A stretch of 32,000 bases of DNA from an uncultured bacterium (lineage in GTDB: Bacteria; GCA-001730085), in assembly GCA_964565945.1 (NCBI GenBank), contig CAZMGY010000021.1:120001-152000 (forward strand), in the 5' to 3' direction. Below the pieces are notes generated by a model. That model saw only the letters and a list, made by a program, of their open reading frames with translations, searched no databases and had not been told where the DNA came from. The position numbers were made by a program, and so were the translations under genes. Positions 1 through 6,592 of this stretch are shown piece by piece. The first letter of the stretch is position 1. Each line of letters opens with the position of its first letter.

Positions 1-349
1 CCCCTTGACCACCCGCTTTTTGACCAACAAACTGAATGTTGACCGCGATAACTTCAAGAGTATTTCTTTTTTGCCCATCTTCTGTTTCCCACGAACGACT
101 TTGCAAACGCCCTTCAACAAGAATAGGACTACCTTTAGTTAAATACTCTCCACATATTTCAGCTAATTTTGACCATGCCACCACTCGGACATAACAAACT
201 TCCTCTTTTTTTTCACCAGACTGACTGGTATAAGAACGATTCACGGCAATCCCTAAATTAGCCACCGCACTCCCACTTGGCACATAACGTAACTCAGGAT
301 CTCTCGTTAAATTCCCCATCAAAAAAACTTTATTCAAAGTCGCAGCCAT
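1..349 (-). CDS. ssb: single-stranded DNA-binding protein, partial (3' end lies beyond the left edge)
   Basis: Absent from the ORF track because it is open at the window edge. Reverse-strand translation from ATG 349..347 reads MAATLNKVFLMGNLTRDPELRYVPSGSAVANLGIAVNRSY...VVAWSKLAEICGEYLTKGSPILVEGRLQSRSWETEDGQKRNTLEVIA, a typical SSB OB-fold. The start overlaps the rpsF stop (TAATG). Confidence 0.9.
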   Translation of the reverse strand, partial: MAATLNKVFLMGNLTRDPELRYVPSGSAVANLGIAVNRSYTSQSGEKKEEVCYVRVVAWSKLAEICGEYLTKGSPILVEGRLQSRSWETEDGQKRNTLEVIAVNIQFVGQKAGGQG

Positions 350-699
350 TACTCGGATCCTTTCTTTTCTTTACCTTTTTCGGATTTTGGCGAACCTATG
401 TTCGCATTAGAAAAGCTGGCTTCTTGAACAATCAAAGATGTCAATACAAAGTCATTAAGTGTCAAGGAACGCTTCATTTTACGCACTTGCTCTGGCTCCA
501 TCTCGAATTGATACAGAAGATAGTAGCCTTCTTTGTTTTTGTTAATTTCATAGGATAAACGTTTTTTACCCATTTCGGAATGAGAGGCATTCGTAGCTTC
601 ATTTTTGGTAAACATTTCATTCACAGAAGATAAAATAGCTCCTTTTTGTTCTCCTCCAAAAGCAGGGCCAACAACAATCATAGCTTCATACTTTCGCAT
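349..699 (-). CDS. rpsF: 30S ribosomal protein S6
   Basis: ORF 349..708. MRKYEAMIVV...EGYYLLYQFEMEPEQV fits the bS6 family. ATG at 699 has GGAG 8 nt upstream, so I prefer it to the GTG at 708. The rpsF-ssb pairing is conserved. Confidence 0.9.
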   Translation of the reverse strand: MRKYEAMIVVGPAFGGEQKGAILSSVNEMFTKNEATNASHSEMGKKRLSYEINKNKEGYYLLYQFEMEPEQVRKMKRSLTLNDFVLTSLIVQEASFSNANIGSPKSEKGKEKKGSE

Positions 700-744
700 G
701 CGATACACTCCTAATCATTCATACTTTACTCTTGCATATCTCGA

Positions 745-1338
745 TCATACATCTCGAGCCCCTTCGCTAGAACGGGAATTATATGTTGCCATCAACATTT
801 GCCAATCCAGCCTTGTAAAATCTTTTGCCGCACGAGCCGCTTTATCGAGAAGCACCAGCAAGGCAACGCGCTCATCTTTCGAAAACCGTCCTAAAACATG
901 GTCAACCACATCAGCAGAACCACAACCACGACCAATACCTAATCGCAAACGTGCAAATTCGGTGGTCCCTAGCTCTTGAACAATAGAACGAAGACCTCGA
1001 TGTCCTCCAGTACCTCCATGTGGACGAATCTTCATAAGACCAAATTCCAGATCAACATCATCGCAAATTACTAATAAATTTTCAAGTTCTATTTTTTCAC
1101 GTTTAATAAATATTTTCAAAGGCTGCCCGCTGAGATTCATAAATGCCAGAGGCTTAACAATGTAGAACACCTCTCCACCACATCGCCCTTGAGCCAGAGC
1201 ATAGGTCGACTGGACCCGAAACCGCACATCCATATCTTTAGCCAAAAGATCAGCAACCAACCAGCCAAAATTATGGCGCGTCCATGTGTACTGATCTCCA
1301 TTATTACCTAATGCAATAATGGCCTTAGCTGGCATCAC
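745..1338 (-). CDS. pth: peptidyl-tRNA hydrolase
   Basis: 197-aa ORF with ALGNNGDQYTWTRHNFGW, FMNLSGQ and DDVDLEFG...HGGTGGHRGL motifs typical of Pth. It overlaps the rplY stop by 4 nt. Confidence 0.9.
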   Translation of the reverse strand: MMPAKAIIALGNNGDQYTWTRHNFGWLVADLLAKDMDVRFRVQSTYALAQGRCGGEVFYIVKPLAFMNLSGQPLKIFIKREKIELENLLVICDDVDLEFGLMKIRPHGGTGGHRGLRSIVQELGTTEFARLRLGIGRGCGSADVVDHVLGRFSKDERVALLVLLDKAARAAKDFTRLDWQMLMATYNSRSSEGARDV

Positions 1339-1991
1339 TCAGCGCTTTCATCCTCTGCAGCATTCTTTTGCCCTGTTACCTCAGGTTCCGAAGGAGCTTC
1401 TTCACCTTCTTCGGTGTCGAACTCAGTCGCTTTACGTGGAGTCCCAATAGCCAAAATCAACTCTTTAGGAGCTTCGGATACTTCGATATCACCGTCTTGA
1501 GGCAAATCAGACACGTGAAGGAAGTCACCGATGTTCAAATGCGAAATATCGACTTTGTACTCATCAGGAATTTGAGTCGGTAAACAACGAACGTGAATCT
1601 CCCACATATGCTGCTCTAAAACTCCTCCAGCTTGTATCCCAACAGAATCGCCTTTGGTCACCAATGGAACTTGCGAAACAATTTTTTCCTTCATCGAAAC
1701 TTCTTTAAAGTCAATGTTTAGGATTTGCCCATTAAGAGGATGCCGTTGAATTTCACGAACCACCGTGGCACGATTTTTTCCTGAAGCATCAAACTCAATA
1801 TTAAAAACAATACTTCCCAATGTTCGATGATTTTTAAGTATATTTTCAAAATCAATCGTATCAACAGAGATTACTTCGTTGCCTAACTCACCATAAACAA
1901 CAGCGGGAGTTAAACCTTTTTGACGCAACTGCTTGACCTCTCCTTTGCCTCGCTCACTTCGTTGACTCACTTTTAATACAACACGATCCAT
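1335..1991 (-). CDS. rplY: 50S ribosomal protein L25 / Ctc, long form with acidic C-terminal tail
   Basis: 218-aa ORF. RGKGEVKQLRQKGLTPAVVYG, followed by a beta-rich domain and an E/D-rich tail, matches the Ctc-type L25 pattern. It sits in the conserved prs-ctc-pth order. Confidence 0.9.
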   Translation of the reverse strand: MDRVVLKVSQRSERGKGEVKQLRQKGLTPAVVYGELGNEVISVDTIDFENILKNHRTLGSIVFNIEFDASGKNRATVVREIQRHPLNGQILNIDFKEVSMKEKIVSQVPLVTKGDSVGIQAGGVLEQHMWEIHVRCLPTQIPDEYKVDISHLNIGDFLHVSDLPQDGDIEVSEAPKELILAIGTPRKATEFDTEEGEEAPSEPEVTGQKNAAEDESAE

Positions 1992-2010
1992 TTCCAGGGT
2001 TCTCCTTTCA

Positions 2011-2952
2011 TTAAATAAAGAGAGAGCTCACTGATTCATCATTATGAATCCGCTCAATAGCCTCTCCTAAGAGCCCTGCCACCGAAAGAACTTCAATTTT
2101 ATCAATCATCTTACCTTCGGAAACAGGAATAGAATTTGCAACAATCAACTTACTAATACAAGAATTTTTAATACGATCAATGGCTGGCCCGACCAACACA
2201 GGATGCGTAATCGCAGCCATCACATCTTTAGCACCGCGCTCTTTAATGGCTTTAGCAGCACCCACCAAAGACCCCGCTGTGGCCACCATGTCATCGACAA
2301 TCACAGCCGAACGCCCCTCAACGTCACCAAGAATATTCATCACTTCAGCATCTGTACTATTCAAGCGACGCTTGTCAACAACTGCCAAATCAACCCCAAG
2401 TTTTTTTGCAAAAGATCGTGCCATCTTGATAGCCCCTACATCAGGCGCCACAACAATCATGTCTTCTGTCTTCTTATTTTTTTTTAAGTGATCAATAAAA
2501 ACAGGAGCCGCATAAATATGATCCAAGGGTTTATCAAAAAAACCCTGTATCTGATCGGCATGTAAATCCATCGCAAGAATACGATCGGCACCAGCGGTTT
2601 CGATAATATTTGCCATCAGTCGTGCCGATATCGGAACACGTGGCTGATCTTTACGATCCTGACGGGCATAGCCATAATAGGGCATAACCACCGTAACCCG
2701 ACGCGCCGAAGCTCTTTTAAGTGCATCCAAAATAATTAATAGTTCCATGCTATTATCATTAACTGGAGGACAAGTCGGTTGCAAAACAAATACATCATAA
2801 CCACGAATGTTCTCATTGATTTTGACAAAAGTTTCACCATCTGAAAAACGTGAGATGGAAATGTCCAACAAAGGTAAATTAAGGTTATCCGCAATGGCTT
2901 CTGAAAGGTGCACATTGGCACTCCCCGAAATAAGCTTGATTCCTTTGTCCAC
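2011..2952 (-). CDS. prs: ribose-phosphate pyrophosphokinase
   Basis: 313-aa ORF with a GTG start. It shows FSDGE, VMPYYGYARQDRK, DLHADQIQGFF and VDDMVATAGS (PRPP-binding loop) motifs. Confidence 0.95.
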   Translation of the reverse strand: MDKGIKLISGSANVHLSEAIADNLNLPLLDISISRFSDGETFVKINENIRGYDVFVLQPTCPPVNDNSMELLIILDALKRASARRVTVVMPYYGYARQDRKDQPRVPISARLMANIIETAGADRILAMDLHADQIQGFFDKPLDHIYAAPVFIDHLKKNKKTEDMIVVAPDVGAIKMARSFAKKLGVDLAVVDKRRLNSTDAEVMNILGDVEGRSAVIVDDMVATAGSLVGAAKAIKERGAKDVMAAITHPVLVGPAIDRIKNSCISKLIVANSIPVSEGKMIDKIEVLSVAGLLGEAIERIHNDESVSSLFI

Positions 2953-2995
2953 AACGATCCCCTTTAAATTTTAACTCAATATAAAATAAAACAGA

Positions 2996-3913
2996 TTATA
3001 TTGTAACAGATTCTTCAATATTTGAAAACGAAGAAACTGTCGTTCCTGCTGGAATATGACTCCCTCGATGAATCACCGCAAAAGGCTCAACAGTCACATT
3101 GTCGCCAAAATCAACATCAAGCGCCACATAACTTAGCTCTGGCGCTACAAAAGTGACGCCCTGACGCATAAGCTCTTCCTTGTAGCGCTGCTGAAACAAA
3201 CGGTCGGCCAAAACAAGCTCTTCACGAGAGTTAATCCCCATTGTTTCATAAGGATCCGCCACAACAACAGTTTGCATCTGACGCCCTTGGTTATACAAAA
3301 TCTCAACAATGTCCGTTAAAAAATACTCGTTCACTTCGGGACAACAAGACACACTTTTAAGAGCTTTGAACAAAACATCTGTTCTAAAACAGTAAGCCCC
3401 CGTATTAACACGACAAATTTGCTTTTCTTGATCATTCGCAATTTTTTCTTCGACAATGCAGCGCACATAGCCTTGGTCGTCTTCGACAATGCGACCATAA
3501 CCCTTAGGATCGGCAACATCCATCGACAAAACAACTCCGCCAAGATCTTTGGAGCGAGCTCTGTTGATCAACATGTCAATGGTTTGAGCCCGAAACAAGG
3601 GTGCATCACCACATAAAACCACAACATAATCATAAGAAATGCCTAACAATGATGATTCAGCTTGGGCAACAGCATGCCCCGTTCCTAATTGCTCTTTTTG
3701 CAACACACAGACAGCTCGCTCGCCAACTTCCTGCTCAACTAAAGAAGCCTTATAACCAGTAATAACGAAGTGTTTCGAAAGACAAGATCTTTCAAGAGTA
3801 TCCAAGAGCAACGATATCATGGGCTTTTCTGCAATCGGATGCAACACCTTAGGCAGATCTGAAGACATTCTCTTCCCTAATCCTGCAGCCAAAATAATGC
3901 TTGCAATATTCAT
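2996..3913 (-). CDS. glmU: GlmU-like sugar-1-phosphate uridylyltransferase; only a stub of the C-terminal hexapeptide-repeat domain is present
   Basis: I start it at MNIASIILAAGLGKRMSSDLPKVLH (ATG 3913) because the track ORF's upstream 50 codons run across a tRNA gene. It has GlmU N-domain motifs (EQLGTGHAV, VLCGDAPL, GYGRIVE, EYFLTDIV). The product is 305 aa, against roughly 450 aa for characterised GlmU. Confidence 0.7.
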   Translation of the reverse strand: MNIASIILAAGLGKRMSSDLPKVLHPIAEKPMISLLLDTLERSCLSKHFVITGYKASLVEQEVGERAVCVLQKEQLGTGHAVAQAESSLLGISYDYVVVLCGDAPLFRAQTIDMLINRARSKDLGGVVLSMDVADPKGYGRIVEDDQGYVRCIVEEKIANDQEKQICRVNTGAYCFRTDVLFKALKSVSCCPEVNEYFLTDIVEILYNQGRQMQTVVVADPYETMGINSREELVLADRLFQQRYKEELMRQGVTFVAPELSYVALDVDFGDNVTVEPFAVIHRGSHIPAGTTVSSFSNIEESVTI

Positions 3914-3949
3914 CGTTAACTCTACACCATTATCTGAAAAATTAAAAAG

Positions 3950-4020
3950 TTGCCCGACGAGGATTCGAACCTCGAACACCAGAACCAAAATCTGGGGTGT
4001 TACCATTACACCATCGGGCA
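3950..4020 (-). tRNA. tRNA-Gln (anticodon UUG), no encoded CCA
   Basis: Reverse strand reads TGCCCGA-TG-GTGT-AATGGTA-ACAC-C-CCAGA-TTTTGGT-TCTGG-TGTT-CGAGG-TTCGAAT-CCTCG-TCGGGCA-A. All four stems are Watson-Crick and the T-loop is TTCGAAT. The anticodon loop gives UUG, and position 37 is G. Confidence 0.85.
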
Positions 4021-4030
4021 ATAAAACTTT

Positions 4031-4059
4031 ATTATCGACAAGTTCGTGCGAAATTGCAA
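4031..4059 (-). promoter_or_regulatory. candidate sigma70-type promoter for tRNA-Gln (and possibly the downstream genes)
   Basis: On the minus strand, TTGCAA (4059..4054), a 17-nt spacer, then GATAAT (4036..4031). It lies 10 nt upstream of the tRNA 5' end, directly after the spoVG stop. Confidence 0.4.
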
Positions 4060-4368
4060 TCAAGAAACTGCGAAAGCTTCTCCTGCGTAGTTTTTTCTAC
4101 ATAGCTCTTCGGTGTAAGCATCCAAAACTCTCGCTTGAATATACTCTCTTGCCTCAACTGTTATTGGATGAGCAATATCCCAGTGATCAGATTGGAAATT
4201 TTGCTCAACACCTGCAGCCCACTGTAACATGGTCCCACAAAAGGAACAACATTTGCTTCGCACAGTATTTTTATTACAACACTGAGGACAGGGTTCTTTG
4301 ACTTTGCGACTCGGCATGGCTACAAACAAGCCTTGATTCTCACTAATAATCTTTAAGTCGCATACCAC
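4060..4368 (-). CDS. spoVG: SpoVG-family protein with a Cys-rich insertion; canonical N-terminus is out of frame upstream (see findings)
   Basis: ORF from GTG 4368. DLKIISENQGLFVAMPSRK ... DIAHPITVEAREYIQARVLDAY matches the SpoVG core (compare [23 protein letters not shown] in Bacillus and Staphylococcus SpoVG). It sits in the conserved ispE/spoVG/glmU/prs neighbourhood. Confidence 0.8.
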   Translation of the reverse strand: MVCDLKIISENQGLFVAMPSRKVKEPCPQCCNKNTVRSKCCSFCGTMLQWAAGVEQNFQSDHWDIAHPITVEAREYIQARVLDAYTEELCRKNYAGEAFAVS

Positions 4369-4443
4369 AAAGGAATCTTCAAAAGTAACAGTTACATAAG
4401 CTTTAAGCTTTTTATCTTCACTATCCTTTAGAAAACCCTTACT

Positions 4444-5337
4444 TCAGTTATTTCCACAACCTCGCTCCTTCCCTTCACCTACATTGCGGAAGACCCGTTT
4501 AGAAATAAATCCAACATAACCCTGATGCCCAACCAAGTCTAAGATTTTTTGTCCCTCACTACTATTCGGACATTCAATAAAAAAAGCTGCCCCACTGCCC
4601 GACATCCTAACTGGGTACGAAGTCAATTTTTCCAGCTGCTGTTTTGCTTTCCTAAGTTCTGGATAAAGACCAAACGTCACCTCCTCTAAGTCATTTGTAA
4701 ATTCTTCACTTTCCAGTAATTTCGGAGAAAAAAAATTACCTTGTTTTATATCATGATTAGCTTTCTGTGTCAAAGATTCTTTTAAAGCCCGAAAAACTTT
4801 AGCTGTCGATACATGCACATCTGGACAAACGATAACGTACTCAAATCCTTGCAGAGAAGGCATTGGAAGGATTTTATCACCTCGCCCTTCCCCCCGAGCA
4901 GTTCCCCCAAATAAAAAGAAAGAAACATCGGCTCCTAACCGTTTCGCTAAAGGAATAAGTTGAGCATGTGCCACTCCCGCGTAATCGGCCAAAGCCAATA
5001 AAGTGCTGGCTGCATTGCTACTACCTCCACCAAGTCCTGCCCCAACAGGAATATGTTTGCTCAACTGAATCGCCACCGAAAAATTACAAGCGAAGGTTTT
5101 TAAAAATAATTTTGCTGCTTTATATACCAAATTATCTTCGAGAGCACAGGGACTAGCCTCACAGATAAGGCTAATAAGAGAAAGTTGATCATTGGTGAAT
5201 GAAAACACCATGTGATCAGCTAAATCAATTTCTTGAAAAATAGTATCTAGATTGTGGTAACCATCTTCACGATGACCAAGAACTCTTAAATACAAGTTAA
5301 TCTTTGCATAAGAATACTTTTCAACCACTTTAACCAT
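4444..5337 (-). CDS. ispE: 4-diphosphocytidyl-2-C-methyl-D-erythritol kinase
   Basis: 297-aa ORF. AKINLYLRVLGHREDGYHNL and the GHMP-kinase loop PVGAGLGGGSSNAA are typical of IspE. Confidence 0.9.
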   Translation of the reverse strand: MVKVVEKYSYAKINLYLRVLGHREDGYHNLDTIFQEIDLADHMVFSFTNDQLSLISLICEASPCALEDNLVYKAAKLFLKTFACNFSVAIQLSKHIPVGAGLGGGSSNAASTLLALADYAGVAHAQLIPLAKRLGADVSFFLFGGTARGEGRGDKILPMPSLQGFEYVIVCPDVHVSTAKVFRALKESLTQKANHDIKQGNFFSPKLLESEEFTNDLEEVTFGLYPELRKAKQQLEKLTSYPVRMSGSGAAFFIECPNSSEGQKILDLVGHQGYVGFISKRVFRNVGEGKERGCGNN

Positions 5338-5343
5338 ACGGGA

Positions 5344-5436
5344 CTATTTCTTCTTTTTATGACGATTTTTTCTCAAACGCTTTTTACGTTTATGCGTATT
5401 GATTTTTTTACGTTTTCTTTTTTTACCACAAGGCAT
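5344..5436 (-). CDS. 30-aa lysine/arginine-rich protein, resembles bS22 / AURKAIP1-COX24-type small ribosomal proteins
   Basis: Below the ORF-track size cutoff. ATG 5436..5434 with GGAG 10 nt upstream. Translation is MPCGKKRKRKKINTHKRKKRLRKNRHKKKK, ending at a stop at 5346..5344. It is wedged between the hisG stop (5451) and the ispE start (5337). Its composition resembles the short basic proteins annotated as bS22 in mycobacteria. Confidence 0.55.
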   Translation of the reverse strand: MPCGKKRKRKKINTHKRKKRLRKNRHKKKK

Positions 5437-5450
5437 CGAAAAAATACTCC

Positions 5451-6329
5451 TTATACAATAACTTTATTCAAGGGATACTCCACAATATCTTGAGTCCCTA
5501 GCTCTTTGAGTTGAGGAATAATTTCTCTCACAATAGCTTCGTCCATCATAACATCTATCGCAACCCACTCAGAATCTAATAGCGGAGCCACTGTAGGCAT
5601 TTTCATGCCTGGCAACAACTCAATAACACGCTCCACATTGCTCTTAGGCAAGTTCATTTTTAAACCTACCTTAGCACCTGCCAACAAGGCTCCACGTAAT
5701 AAAAGAGCGATATTATCTATCTTTTTTCTCTTAAAAGAATCTTGGTAAGCCGCTTTGTTGGCAACCAGTTGAGTGTTGGATTCAACAACTGTGTCCACAA
5801 TGCGCAAATTATTCGCTCGCAAAGAACTCCCAGTTTCTGTTAGCTCAACAATCGCATCGACCAATTTAGGAGTTTTAACTTCCGTTGCTCCCCAAGAGAA
5901 CTCAACATCTGCCGAAACCCCATGTTTAGCCAAATAAGCTTCGGTGGCACCCACAAGTTCCGTCGCAATACGTTTACCCTCTAAATCTTTCACCGTTTGA
6001 ATTTCGGAATCATTAGGAACAGCCACGACCCATCGCACAGATTGGTACCCTTGCTTCCCATAAACAAGCTCTTCAACCATCTCGACATCAGCATTATTTT
6101 CAACTACCCAATCTTGACCAGTCAAGCCCACATCAAGAACACCTCCTTCAACATAACGAGCCATTTCTTGAGCACGAATAAGAATACACTCAATTTCGGC
6201 ATCGTTCACTTTAGGAAAATAAGAACGCGAGCTAATCGAAATACTGTAGCCAGCTTTTTTAAACAAGGCCACAGTCGACTCTTGCAAGCTTCCCTTGGGA
6301 ATTCCCAACTTTAAGATTTGTTCCGCCAT
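5451..6329 (-). CDS. hisG: ATP phosphoribosyltransferase, long form
   Basis: 292-aa [17 protein letters not shown]...[30 protein letters not shown] and a C-terminal regulatory-domain-like tail. AGGAAG RBS upstream. Confidence 0.9.
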   Translation of the reverse strand: MAEQILKLGIPKGSLQESTVALFKKAGYSISISSRSYFPKVNDAEIECILIRAQEMARYVEGGVLDVGLTGQDWVVENNADVEMVEELVYGKQGYQSVRWVVAVPNDSEIQTVKDLEGKRIATELVGATEAYLAKHGVSADVEFSWGATEVKTPKLVDAIVELTETGSSLRANNLRIVDTVVESNTQLVANKAAYQDSFKRKKIDNIALLLRGALLAGAKVGLKMNLPKSNVERVIELLPGMKMPTVAPLLDSEWVAIDVMMDEAIVREIIPQLKELGTQDIVEYPLNKVIV

Positions 6330-6456
6330 TTTTCTTCCTAGCTATGTTTGATTGCCTATTAATAACGCAACCACAACATATGAATGATTTTACTTAGAGT
6401 TCCATACCTAACTTGCCCAGATGCTTTCGATAACGAAAAATCTTGCTTCTTTTTTA

Positions 6457-6532
6457 TGGTGGGCAGTGCAGGACTCGAACCTGCGACATCATGTGTGTAG
6501 GACATGCGCTCTCCCAACTGAGCTAACTGCCC
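6457..6532 (-). tRNA. tRNA-Val (anticodon UAC), CCA encoded; anticodon loop CCUACAC has C at position 33
   Basis: Reverse strand reads GGGCAGT-TA-GCTC-AGTTGGGA-GAGC-G-CATGT-CCTACAC-ACATG-ATGTC-GCAGG-TTCGAGT-CCTGC-ACTGCCC-A-CCA, 76 nt. All stems are paired and the discriminator is A73. Confidence 0.85.
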
Positions 6533-6557
6533 CCCCATATTCCAAGCACAGCTGAAA

Positions 6558-6585
6558 ATTATATCATAACCAGAGTATTTGTCAA
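6558..6585 (-). promoter_or_regulatory. near-consensus sigma70 promoter upstream of tRNA-Val
   Basis: On the minus strand, TTGACA (6585..6580), a 16-nt spacer, then TATAAT (6563..6558). It lies about 25 nt upstream of the mature tRNA 5' end and just downstream of the acnA stop. Confidence 0.6.
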
Positions 6586-6592
6586 TATTTAT

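Noticed and set aside
605-979. 124-aa plus-strand ORF
   Set aside because: It lies antisense to rpsF and pth, both of which have clear family motifs. Its Ser/Pro/Thr/Arg-rich composition is typical of a shadow frame.
3914-4063. N-terminal 50 codons of track ORF 2996..4063 (MIAISHELVDNKVLLPDGVMVTPQILVLVFEV...)
   Set aside because: This stretch reads straight through the tRNA-Gln gene (3950..4020) and its promoter. The GlmU homology begins only at MNIASIILAAG (ATG 3913).
3819-4301. 160-aa plus-strand ORF
   Set aside because: It lies antisense to the glmU-like start, tRNA-Gln and spoVG, and has no recognisable motifs. It is a shadow ORF.
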